A DNA stretch of 64,000 nucleotides from an uncultured bacterium (GTDB lineage: Bacteria > Krumholzibacteriota > Krumholzibacteriia > Krumholzibacteriales > Krumholzibacteriaceae), in NCBI GenBank assembly GCA_963786935.1, contig CAWBAN010000001.1:128001-192000 (forward strand), read 5' to 3'. Positions 10,519-21,100 of this stretch are shown here, in pieces. Position 1 is the stretch's first letter. Every line of letters begins with the position of its first letter. Made by a program: the position numbers and the translations under genes. The notes under the pieces were generated by a model that worked only from the letters and a program-made list of their open reading frames with translations, was not told the origin of the DNA and did not search any database.

Positions 10519-12067
10519 ATTCGACGATGGAAAACGTTGCGGATTGCTCGGCGGTTCTCCGCGTCCGCAGGTCGGTCACCGACACATCCAGCCTGAACGG
10601 TCCCTGCCAGAGCTCCTCCGTGGCGATCGAGAGCCGCTGGGGCTGCATGTTCCCGTATCCGCTCGTCTCGAACGAGGAGCTGATCGTCACCGGGACGCCC
10701 TTCAGGATCGGTCCCCATCGCCGCTTCTCGAGCGGGAAGATTTGATATTCGACCCGGTAGGAAGCGATTCCCTCATCATCGGTGCCGAGACCGTAGATCT
10801 CGAAGTAGAACATGACCGGAGACGGCATCCGGTAGGCCCGGATGGGATGCGGCACTACCTGCACGCTGCCCTTGACGAAGCGTCGGTTCTCCCCGGTCTC
10901 CTCGATGGCGCTCGCGAACTGGATGTCGCTGATCGACGGCGAGCCGGTATAGGCGGGGACGTCCACCTTCGTCCGGTATGCCGTCCGCCGGTTCGAGCTC
11001 AGCCCCCGTGCCTCGATGCCGATCTCGTAGCGCCCCGGCTCGAGGGCGAGGACGATTTGGCCCGGGACCAGCGCCGGCGCCTCCGATCCGGGAGCCGCTC
11101 CGGTGCCGGAGACCGCCGGGGCGGTGACGCAATCCTCTCCCGAGGCGACCTTCGCGAGATTCTCGTCGCGCACGAGAACGCGAAGCTCGATCTCCTCACC
11201 GGCCGCCGCGCCGCTCACGCCGGGGACCGGCCCCCCCGGCGGCACCTCGAAGCTCACCTCGAGGCGATCGTGCCAGTCCCCTCCGCGGAAGGTCGCGACG
11301 TCGAAGTAGAGGGGAATCGGCTGCCATTCGGTGTCGCACGAGTAGAGGGCCGCGAATCGCTCCATGCAAATGCGGAAGTTCTCGTCGGCGTGCCGCGCCT
11401 TCATGCCCTCGAGCTCCGCGATCATGTACGGAAAAGTGATCGCCTCCATGAGGCGCAGGTCCTCGTCGGCGGTGTAATCCGGACCCGGCGGCTCGAACGG
11501 ACCTCTCATGCCAATCGGGGCGGAATGCCCCGGCGGTTTCGAAACCCTCTGCGGGGTCGCATAGGTGAACCGGCCCTTGAGGTTGATGTCGACGAATTGG
11601 ACGCTCATGTTGAGCGCGGCGTAGTACCAGGCCTGCGAGGGGAGCGTGAGCCCGTGGGCGGTCACGTCCCCCATGACTTTTGCGCGGTAGCTCGGCTCCC
11701 CGAACCGGATATAGATCTCGCCGCGGCCGTCCCAGCCGGGAGGGTCCGTCATTCGGAAGAGCTCCCGGGCCTTCTTGACGCGCTGCTCGTGCTCGGAGCG
11801 TGCCTCGTTCTCATCGGTTGTCGGCGTCGGATCGACCGAGAGCCAGAACCGCTCGAGCCACTGCGCGCGTTCGTCGGGCGTCGGGAGCGAGAGATACTCC
11901 AGCTTGTCGGAGTCGCCCAGGAGATACTGCAGGCCGTAGTACGAGGCGCGCTCGTCGGCGGCGAGATTCGCGAGCAGCTTGCCCTCGCCCTTGAAGCTCT
12001 CGGAAGCGACGCGAGAGGCAAGAGAGGCGCCGAGAAGGATCGCGCATATGAAGAAGTATCTCTTCAT
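10517..12067 (-). CDS. Secreted GWxTD-domain-like protein, paralogue 1
   Basis: Signal peptide MKRYFFICAILL; FWLSVDPTPTTDENE..EH..R; PGWDGRGEIYIRFGEP. Alternative GTG start at 12085. Confidence 0.8.
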   Translation of the reverse strand: MKRYFFICAILLGASLASRVASESFKGEGKLLANLAADERASYYGLQYLLGDSDKLEYLSLPTPDERAQWLERFWLSVDPTPTTDENEARSEHEQRVKKARELFRMTDPPGWDGRGEIYIRFGEPSYRAKVMGDVTAHGLTLPSQAWYYAALNMSVQFVDINLKGRFTYATPQRVSKPPGHSAPIGMRGPFEPPGPDYTADEDLRLMEAITFPYMIAELEGMKARHADENFRICMERFAALYSCDTEWQPIPLYFDVATFRGGDWHDRLEVSFEVPPGGPVPGVSGAAAGEEIELRVLVRDENLAKVASGEDCVTAPAVSGTGAAPGSEAPALVPGQIVLALEPGRYEIGIEARGLSSNRRTAYRTKVDVPAYTGSPSISDIQFASAIEETGENRRFVKGSVQVVPHPIRAYRMPSPVMFYFEIYGLGTDDEGIASYRVEYQIFPLEKRRWGPILKGVPVTISSSFETSGYGNMQPQRLSIATEELWQGPFRLDVSVTDLRTRRTAEQSATFSIVE

Positions 12068-12169
12068 GACGAATCCGCGATGCACGGCGGACGCAATGCC
12101 GGCCGAAGCCTGTTGTTCCGTGGGATCCCTGTAGAGAAGATACGTGGAAGAAAGAGCGGCGCCAAGCGA

Positions 12170-13672
12170 TTACTTGAGGATCGAAAAATCCTCGCTCTTC
12201 GTCGCCGTGCGGAAGGTGCGCCGGTCGGTGACCGTCACTTCCAATCTGAACGGCCCCTTCCAGAGCTCCTTCGTCGCGATCGAGAGCCGTTGCGGCTGCG
12301 TCGATCCGGAGCCGCTCGTCTCGAACGACGAGCTGATCGCCGCCGATGTCTTTTCGAGAACGAGGCCGCGCCGGCGTTTCTCGAGCGGGACGATCTTGTA
12401 TTCGACCCGGTAAAAGGCTCTTCCCTCCTGGTCGGTATCGAGCCCGTAGATCTCGAAGTAGAAGCTGACCGGGAACGGCATGCGGTACGCGCGCACCGGA
12501 TGGGGCACGACCTGCACGGTCCCCTTCGCGAACCTCGTTCCCGGTTCCACGTCTCGAATGCTGCTCGCGAATTGTATGTCGCTGATTCCGGGGGAACCGT
12601 TCTGCGGAGCGATCTCGATATTCTTCATGAAGGCCGCTCTCTTCTTCGTATAGTTGTCGTATGCCTCGAGGCCCATCCAGTAGTGCCCGGGCTTCAGTTG
12701 AAGCGCGACCTGGCCGGGAATGAGCATCTGAACCGGTTCCGAGCCGGCGGTGATCCTGACACGATCGCGCTGGAACGCGATCTTCCGCATCGTCGAATCC
12801 CTTACGAGCACCCTGAACTCCACCGCGGCGCCGCGGTCTTCTCCCTGACCGAAGAATTGTATTTCCCGCGAGGGAACTTCGAAATCGATCTCCGTCCGGA
12901 GCGATCGATCGAGGTTCCTGAAGGTTGCGACGTCGATATAGCAGTGGAGCTTCTCCTCGAGATCGCAGGGGTGGATGAAAGGACGTTGCTCGATGTTCCG
13001 GTATATCTCGTTCTCCTGCGGGGGCCAATCCTCGGGATGATAATCTCCATCGGGATTCATCATCCGCGCCATTTCAAGGTTGAGATCAAAATCGGCGCAG
13101 TAATCGGGTTCGGCAGGCACCACGTAAAGAGGGTTTCCTTTGTCAAACCACGACACCGGATCCCCGGAACAGATATATTCCCCCTCGATATTGCGCTGGA
13201 AATGCACGACCATGCGGGGCGCGGGATAATACCAGATCTCCCCCGACGACACGTAGGTGCTCGGAGTGACGTCTTCGGCGGTCCTCGTCACGTTCGCCGG
13301 TTCCCCGTAACGGATGAGAACCTCACCCCGGTTGTCCCATCCGGGGGCCGCGCGCGAGCCGTATCGCTCGCGCGCGAGGAGCACACGGCGCTCGTGCTCG
13401 GTGCGTCTCTCGTTCGCGGCGGTGGTCGGTGTGGGATCGAGCCCGATCCAGAATCGCCCGGTCCATTTGGAGCGTTCCCGAGCGTTCGGGAGCCCCAGGT
13501 ATTCCCGCATTTGATCCGGACTCATGAGGATCTGCAGCTCGAAATAGGTTGCGCATTCCTGGGGCGGGAGCCCGGCGAGGAGGGAATCCTGTTCAGAAAT
13601 GACCTGCGGTAGGGCCGGTGCAGGCAGGAACGCCGCGAGCAGAATGCCGCTTATGAGCGCGCATCTCGCCAT
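12170..13672 (-). CDS. Secreted GWxTD-domain-like protein, paralogue 2
   Basis: Signal peptide; FWIGLDPTPTTAANERRTEH; PGWDNRGEVLIRYGEP; shares C-terminal SDIQFAS..VVPHP..FYFEIYGL with the other paralogues. Confidence 0.8.
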   Translation of the reverse strand: MARCALISGILLAAFLPAPALPQVISEQDSLLAGLPPQECATYFELQILMSPDQMREYLGLPNARERSKWTGRFWIGLDPTPTTAANERRTEHERRVLLARERYGSRAAPGWDNRGEVLIRYGEPANVTRTAEDVTPSTYVSSGEIWYYPAPRMVVHFQRNIEGEYICSGDPVSWFDKGNPLYVVPAEPDYCADFDLNLEMARMMNPDGDYHPEDWPPQENEIYRNIEQRPFIHPCDLEEKLHCYIDVATFRNLDRSLRTEIDFEVPSREIQFFGQGEDRGAAVEFRVLVRDSTMRKIAFQRDRVRITAGSEPVQMLIPGQVALQLKPGHYWMGLEAYDNYTKKRAAFMKNIEIAPQNGSPGISDIQFASSIRDVEPGTRFAKGTVQVVPHPVRAYRMPFPVSFYFEIYGLDTDQEGRAFYRVEYKIVPLEKRRRGLVLEKTSAAISSSFETSGSGSTQPQRLSIATKELWKGPFRLEVTVTDRRTFRTATKSEDFSILK

Positions 13673-13725
13673 GACACTCTCAATAGACGAACGGCAGGAG
13701 CGATCTCCGCCACCGATGCGAGAAT

Positions 13726-15356
13726 CTATTTTAAAATCGAGAAGTCCTCGCTCTTCGTCGCCGTGCGGAAGGTGCGCCGGTCGGTGACCGTCACGATGAG
13801 GCGGAACTTCCCCTCCCAGAGATTATCGGACGCGACCGAGATCCGCTGGGGCTGCGCGGCGCCGTAGCCGCTCGTCTCGAACGAGGAGCTGATCGCCGCC
13901 GGCACGTCCTCGAGGACGGGGCCGCGCCGGCGCTTCTCGAGCGGGATGATCCGGTATTCGACGCGGTAAAACGCGATCCCCTCCGGATCGGGATCGAGCC
14001 CGTAGATCTCGAAATACATCCACAGGGGGAACGGCTTGCGGTACACGTGCGCCGGGTGCGGAACGACCTGCAGGTTGCCCTTGACGAAATCCTGATTCGC
14101 CTCGGTTTCCCGGATGGCGCTCGCGAACTGGATGTCGCTCACCGACGGCGAGGCGCCGTAGGGGGCGAGCTCCACGTTCGTTCGATACGCCGCGCGCCGC
14201 CCCGACGTCAGGTCGCGCGCCTCGATGCCGATCCGGTAGTAGCCGGGCTCGAGCGCGAGCACGATCTGCCCCGGCACGAGGGCCGGCGGGCGGGCTTTAT
14301 CCCCCGCGCCGGTCACCGTCGGCCGCGCCGTGTCGACGGCGGCGGCGATCTCCCGGTCATCGACGTCCCGGACGAGCACGCGGAACTCGACGTCCGCCGC
14401 CAGCGCCCCCCCCGCTGCGTGAACTGCAGCTCGCTTGTGGGGACCTCGAAGCTGATCTCGGTGCGCAGCGTCCGCTCCCCGCCGCGGAAGGACGCGATAT
14501 CGAAGTAGAGCGGGAGGAGCTTCTGGTCGAGCTCGAAGGAATAGATCGTCGGCCGCTCGTCGAGCGCGGCGAAGAAATTGTTGATCGCCTCGAAGACCTT
14601 TTCCGCCTCGATCTGCGCGATGCGGTCCTGGAGCGTGTACATGCGCGTATCGACGCTCGCCGAGTAATCGATCTCGTCGGGATTGAAATCGACGAGATCC
14701 TTCACCTCGTCGGGGCTCATGAACTGCGTGGGGAACATCTCGGTGAGGACGCCGTACTTCATGAGGCCGCTGATGTTCTGGTTGCGCTCGAGCTCGCGCC
14801 GGGAGGAGCGGCCCGCGGGATTGTTGTAGAAGACGTACTCGCCCTTGAGATTGACGTTCCGGAACTGGACGAGCATGTCGAGCGAGCTGTAGTACCAGAT
14901 TTCGCCCGGCGCGGTCAAGCCGGAGAAGGACACGGTGCCCCACGTCTGCGTGCGGTTGCCCGGGAGGCCGTAGCGGATGAGCGTCTCGCCGCGCCGGTCC
15001 CAGCCGGGCGCCTTCGACATGCCGAAGAGCTTCCGCGCGAGGGCGGCCCGCTTCTCGTGCTCCGCGCGCCGCTCGTTATACGGCGTCGCCGGCGTCGGAT
15101 CGAGGTCGACCCAGAATCGCTCGAACCACTCGGCGCGCTCCGCGGTCGTCGGGAGCGAGAGGTACGCCTTGCGCTGATAATCGTTCATGAAATACTGGGC
15201 GGCGAAGTAGGCGTAGCGCTCTTCGCCCGAGAGCTTCTTGAGGAGCGCGATCTCGCCGGGGAACGAATCCTTCATGCCGCGCGCGGGCGCGGGAGCGGCG
15301 ACGACGATGACCGCGGCGGCGATCGCGGAGAGGAGCGTGCACACGGTTCGCATCAT
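13726..15356 (-). CDS. Secreted GWxTD-domain-like protein, paralogue 3; apparent frameshift in the C8 run 14406-14413
   Basis: N-half in ORF 14313-15416 (FWVDLDPTPATPYNE, PGWDRRGETLIRYGLP); C-half in ORF 13726-14943. One extra base in the homopolymer joins them. Confidence 0.78.
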
Positions 15357-16432
15357 TGATTCGCCCGGTAGAGGAGCATCCCGCCGATCACGACGAACAC
15401 GATGTTTCCCATCCACGCGCCGAAGAGCGGATCGATGACGCCGCTGTGCCCGAGCCCCTGCCCGATCCGCAGCACCCCGTAGTAGGTGAAGCTGATCAGG
15501 AGCGTCAGCCCGAATCCCGTCGCCATCGAGGGCTTCCGCTTCGCGGATGAGAGCGCGGCGCCGATCAGCGCGAAGATGAGGCTCGTGAACGGGAAGCTGA
15601 ATTTAACATAGAGGTCGACGCGGTACTTGTCAATATCGCCGCCGCTCCGGGCGAGCTTGTCGATGTACGCCCCGAGCCGGCGGAAGTCCATCTCCTCGGG
15701 CGCGATCTCCTCCTTGGAAAAATCCTCGGGGCGTTCGGGCAGCTCCTTCATGGACAGCTTCGCGAACGTCGCGATCCGCTCCCCGTCCTTCGTGAACTCC
15801 CGGACGGCGCCGTCGATGAACACCCACTCCGCCCCGTCCCAGAACGCCTTCTTCGCGTCGATCCGGCGGTCGAGGTTTCCCTCGCGGTATTCGTACAGCA
15901 CGACGTTCATGAGCGCCTTGAGCATGACGTCGTACGTCTCGGCGTAATACGTCCGCTCGTGCTCCCCCTGGTAGTGCACGTTCGACCGGTAGCGCGACGT
16001 GTCCTCTTCCTTCATCTCCTCGATCTTGACGCGTTTGATCCGCATGCTCTTCCGGTTCGCGTCGGGCACGACGAACTCCCCGAAAACCATCACGAGGAGA
16101 CTGATGAAGAGGGCCGAGACGATGATCGGCGCCGCGACCCGGACGAGCGGCGTGCCCGACGCGATGAAGGCGGTGAGCTCGTTCTGCTTCGAGAGCCTTC
16201 CGAGCGAGAAGACGGCGGCGAGCAGCACCGCGACGGGCATGATGAGGGTGATGATCCAGGGAATCTTGAAGGCGTAGAAGAGGACGATGTCGGCGAACCG
16301 CGCGTGGTGGTCGATGTACGTGTTGATCTGCTCGGTCACGTCGACGGTGACGTAGATCACCGTGAAGGCGAGGAGCCCGATCGCGAGGTTGCGCCAGAAA
16401 TCGCCGAGGACGTATCGATCATGAATCCGCAC
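15353..16432 (-). CDS. lptG: LPS export ABC permease, LptG-like (YjgP/YjgQ family)
   Basis: MRIHDRY, PVAVLLA..LSKQNELTAFIASG, KFSFPF..LIGAAL, GAWMGNIVF motifs. Confidence 0.85.
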   Translation of the reverse strand: MRIHDRYVLGDFWRNLAIGLLAFTVIYVTVDVTEQINTYIDHHARFADIVLFYAFKIPWIITLIMPVAVLLAAVFSLGRLSKQNELTAFIASGTPLVRVAAPIIVSALFISLLVMVFGEFVVPDANRKSMRIKRVKIEEMKEEDTSRYRSNVHYQGEHERTYYAETYDVMLKALMNVVLYEYREGNLDRRIDAKKAFWDGAEWVFIDGAVREFTKDGERIATFAKLSMKELPERPEDFSKEEIAPEEMDFRRLGAYIDKLARSGGDIDKYRVDLYVKFSFPFTSLIFALIGAALSSAKRKPSMATGFGLTLLISFTYYGVLRIGQGLGHSGVIDPLFGAWMGNIVFVVIGGMLLYRANQ

Positions 16433-17810
16433 GGCGCCACCATCCCGCGGGATTGAGCCGCGCCCAGTCGACCAGGGCGCCTTCCCGGTTCGTTTGACGG
16501 AGAATGACCACGGCGACGGCGAGGAAGACGATGTTCGCGAGCCACATCGCGAGCCACGGCTCCATGAGGCGCCGGTCCGCGAGCTTCTCGCCGCCGATGA
16601 GGAATATGTAGTAGACGAGGAAGAGAAGAATGCTGAAGCCGATGGAGATCGTCATGCCCCGCTTCCCCGACCGGATCGCGAGCGGCGCGCCGAGGAGCAC
16701 GAAGATGACGCAGCTGAACGGGAGCGCGAACTTCTTGTTTATCTCGACGCCGTACCGGTTGATCTGGCGCAGGTTCGAGTCGAGGGCGTAGGTCTGGGTC
16801 TCGAGAATCTGCTGGATCTGCTCCGCCTCGTTTTGGACCCGGGGGACGGCGCGGACCGCGCCGGGCTCGAGGGGCGCGGGAGGAGGGCCGGCGTTCGGAG
16901 AGAGGGAGCGGGCGTCCGGCGCGACGCGGGCGAAGACGGAAATCACGTTGTCGAGCGCGACCTGATTCATGTGCGCGCGCGTCGAACCGCTCGTGAGCGC
17001 GTATTCGAGGATCTTCGCGCGCATCATCCCCACCGTCATTTCCCGGTCGTTGCGGTGCGTGCGGTCGGAACGCTTGAGCGTCCGCTCGGTATCCTGGATG
17101 TTGAGCGTGAAGTGCCGGAAGAGCGTCCGGCGGTACGTTTTGATGTCCGCGGGATCGGGCATCTCGTGTATCTCGCCGTCGTCGAGCTCGAAGCGCAGTA
17201 CGCCTTCGCTTTCGCGATACATCATGCGGCCGCCCGTCGCGATGATCGATCTCGGCACGCCTCCCCTGAGCTCGAATATCTGCACCCCTTTGATCTCGCC
17301 TGTTTTGTCGTCCTTCTCGCGCACGAGGATCGTGTACCCCGGCAGGGCGTCTGAGAACATGTTCTCCTTGATCTGGAGCGTCGGTTTCATGCGGCCGATG
17401 TCGAGCATGAGGTTCATGAGCCGGTGGTTGCTCTCGGGCAGCAGCATGTTGAAGTAGAATACGAGCGCGATCGTCAGGCCCGCCGAGGCCGCGAGCACGG
17501 GAACGATCATGCGGTACAGCGACACGCCGCTCGATTTCATGGCCGTAACTTCGTTGTCGGCTGCGAGTTGACCGAACGCCATGAGGGTCGCCGGCATCAC
17601 GGCCATTGGTATAATTAATGCGAACATATGACCGAGACTCAGCGTGAAAAACTCGATAATGGTGAGCGCGCTGACCCCTTTTCCGATGAACTTGTCGAGC
17701 CATCGGATGATGAAATCCATGACGAAGACAAAGGTGATGATCGCGAGGCTGAAGAAGTAGGGACCGACATGGTTCGAGAGGATATAGCGGTCGAGTTTTC
17801 GTATTCTCAT
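16419..17810 (-). CDS. lptF: LPS export ABC permease, LptF-like (YjgP/YjgQ family)
   Basis: KLDRYI, PMAVMPATLMAFGQLAADNEVTAMKSSG, EINKKFALPFSC..LGAPL, AMWLANIV motifs. Confidence 0.87.
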   Translation of the reverse strand: MRIRKLDRYILSNHVGPYFFSLAIITFVFVMDFIIRWLDKFIGKGVSALTIIEFFTLSLGHMFALIIPMAVMPATLMAFGQLAADNEVTAMKSSGVSLYRMIVPVLAASAGLTIALVFYFNMLLPESNHRLMNLMLDIGRMKPTLQIKENMFSDALPGYTILVREKDDKTGEIKGVQIFELRGGVPRSIIATGGRMMYRESEGVLRFELDDGEIHEMPDPADIKTYRRTLFRHFTLNIQDTERTLKRSDRTHRNDREMTVGMMRAKILEYALTSGSTRAHMNQVALDNVISVFARVAPDARSLSPNAGPPPAPLEPGAVRAVPRVQNEAEQIQQILETQTYALDSNLRQINRYGVEINKKFALPFSCVIFVLLGAPLAIRSGKRGMTISIGFSILLFLVYYIFLIGGEKLADRRLMEPWLAMWLANIVFLAVAVVILRQTNREGALVDWARLNPAGWWRRADS

Positions 17811-18170
17811 AGGCTTAAGCGTCCGTCACCGGCCGGGAAAAAGCAAGATTGATGCCTCGCGCGCGAGGCCGGGCGACCCCATCCCCGGCGATCGCCGCGA
17901 GGCGCGAAAATAGAGATCGTGCTCGCCCCGTCCCCCGTTCCGCCGCTCGCCGAAGGCGCAATGGGGGAGGGGGGTACGTGTATTGTTTTGTGGACGAAGA
18001 GCGCCATTTCTGTCTCTTTTCCGGGACACCCCCGTGCGCCCGGTTCGGCGTCTCGCCCCTGAAGGAACGACGATCGACGTGTCGAATGTAACACAGAGCC
18101 GTCCGGCGATGACAGCCTTTTCTCCCTCGCGGCGCCCGACGAGGCACGGCGGGGCGCTCCGTGCAGGTGG

Positions 18171-21100
18171 ATGACATTGCTTGCCGCGAACCGCGCAGCG
18201 AAATCCCGGCCCCGTCGATCGCCCCTGCCGGGACTCCTCGGCGCTTTGCTTGCCGCGGTTCTCTTCCTCTCCGGTTCCCTCCGGGCGCAAACGCTCGAGA
18301 TCGATCTGCTCCGCATGATCGAGCGCGCCGAGCCGCGGTACTACATCGCGGAGCGGGGGGAGCTCCCGCCGAACTACATCATGCTCGGCGGCGTCAGCAC
18401 CAGGGGGGATTCGGTCGAGACGTTCCTCTATCCGAATTTTCTCGAGAGCGAATTCGACCTCAGGCCGGAGTATGTCGAGTACGACGACGCCACGGGGCTC
18501 ATCTACCGCTACCGCGTTCCCGCGCAGTACTTCTTTTCGAGGAAGGATGAGCGCAGAGAGCTCTTCTTCTATGCCGCGCCGCGCGACGTGACCGTGCCCG
18601 GAGCCACGATCGCGATCGAGCGGGTCGACGACCGCATCGCCGCGATCAAGACGGCGTCCACGAGGACCGTCTGGATCGAAGACGTCAAATACAACCTGCA
18701 TAAGGAACGCGAGGACCGGGCGGGCAAGGGGCTCCTCAACATCACGATTCCGATCTCGCTGCCGAAGAGCATCGAGTCGATCATCGGCAAGGGGGAGGAG
18801 ACCAATCTCACCGTGCAGGGGAGCGAGAAGATCGCGATATCGGGCCGCTCCGACTGGTGCTCGAACTGTCCGAAGACCGAAGGGCAGGTGCGGCAGGAGA
18901 AATTCCCCGATCTCAACATGGAGCAGGAGCTCAACGTGAACCTCCGCGGGACGATCGGGGAGAAGATCAACGTCGAGATACAGCACGCGAGCACGGGAGA
19001 GGGCATGCCGGCGACGAACCGCGTGCGGATCAACTACCGCGGCTTCGAGGACGACGTCGTCCAGCTCATCGAGATGGGGGATACGGATCTCAGCCTCTCC
19101 GGCGCCCAGCTCGTGAGCTACTCGGGCACCGCGAAAGGGCTCTTCGGCGTGAAGGCGATCCTGAAGCCGGGGCCGCTCGAGGCCACCTTCATCGCGAGCA
19201 AGGAGGAGGGGGAAACGGCGACCGGCTCGTTCAGCGCGTCGGGGGGGCAGGAGACCGAGACGAGGATCAACGACTACGATTTTCTCGAGCGGCAGTTCTT
19301 CTACTTCGAGAATCCGGGGAAGAGCTTTCACCCCGACTCCATCCTGGCGGGGTTCGGCACGATCTTCCCCGTCATCGGCGGGGCGAACAACGACGAAATC
19401 GAGGTGTTCGTCTCGCTCGGCCCGCAGGAGCCCCAGAACGATTTCGAGTACACGGGAAACGCCTTCGTCGACCGCGACAACCAGCGGTTCCGGATCTGGA
19501 ACGATCCGGCGAATTCCGCTCCCGACGACAGCTTGGGAATCCCGCTGTACGGCAGATACAAGCAGCTCTTCATCGAGGACGGCGATTTCTCGCTCATCCG
19601 GGACTACTCTTCGACCACCAACGACGTTCGCTACATCGGCATCGAGCTCGCCACCCCGCTCGAGGAGACGCGCCGGCTCGTCGTGCGCTACCGGGCGCGG
19701 AAAATCATCACGGAGGGGGTGTATGAGGAGTATAACGTCGGCAACTACCGGAACTACAAGCCGGCGGCGAGCGCCCAGACGGGGTTCGTCGGCAAGGCGC
19801 TCTGCCTGCTCAAGAGCGAAACGACGGGGCAGCGCGCGACCGACCCGACGTGGAACCTCATGATGCGCAACGTGTACTCGATCGGTTCGAGTCAGGTCGA
19901 TCCGCTCTCGCTGACGCTCCGCATCGAGGACACCTCGAACGAGACCAACCGGAACATTCACCCGGCGTCGGGGCTCAGCTACCTCCGGATCTTCGGCCTC
20001 GATCGCGTCATCAACGCGACGGGGCTCGCCGGCAAGGACGATCTCGTCGACAACACGCTCGGCGTGATCGATTACGACCGCGGCTACATCATGTTCCCCT
20101 GGTTCGAGCCGTTCAATCCGCCGGCCGCCGTCGTCGATACGTTTCTCGCCGACGACACCGATCCCCGCGAAACGGGCTTCGATTACTCGGAGATCGAGCT
20201 CGACGAGGGGCTCTACCTCCAGGCGCTCACGGACCAGATCAAGGCGAACAACCACAAGTACGTCATCGTCATCGAATCCTCGAGCGGCCAGCGCGTGTTC
20301 CAGCTCGCCGCCTACGACATCATCGAGGGGAGCGAGACGGTCACCGTCGACGGGGTGCGGCTCGCGCGCGACGTCGATTACACGATCGACTACGCGAGCG
20401 GCGTGGTCACCCTGAAGACGGCGAGCGTCTATCCCGATTCGAAGATCAACATCGACTACCAGCACAAGCCGCTCGTCGGCGGCGGGAAGAACTCGCTCCT
20501 CGGCTTCAACGCGAATCTCACCCTCTCGGAGAATTCCCGGATCAACGGGACGTTCCTCTACAGCGCGATGGGGGCGCCGAAGTACCTGCCCCGCCTCGGC
20601 GAGGAGCCGAGCCGCATGATGGCCGCCGATATCAACGGCAGCTTCGTGTTCCATCCGAACCTGATGACGCGGGCGGCGAACCTGCTCCCCCGCGTCGACA
20701 CGAACGCGCAGAGCACCCTCAACCTCGGCGGCGAGCTCGCGGTCAGCATGCCCGATCCGAACGTCAAGGGGGACGCGAGCGTCGACGACATGGAGGGGGT
20801 CGAGGAGACGAACGGGGTGAACATGCTGCGTCGGAGCTGGTATCCGGCGAGCCCGGCATGGACCGTCGTCGGCGGCGTCGATTCGCTCTGCGAGGCCGAT
20901 TCGCAGGCCGTGTACCGCTGGTACAACGCGGCGAGGACCAGCAAGCAGGAGTACCTCATCACGAGCAGGCGCGATCTCAATCCCGGCCTCGACGAGCGCG
21001 AGAACTCCTCGGTGTCCTCTCTCTTCCTCAGCGCGATCAACCCCCGGCCCGATCAGTGGTGCGGTATCATGACGGGATTCCCCGGCGGCGGGCTCGATCT

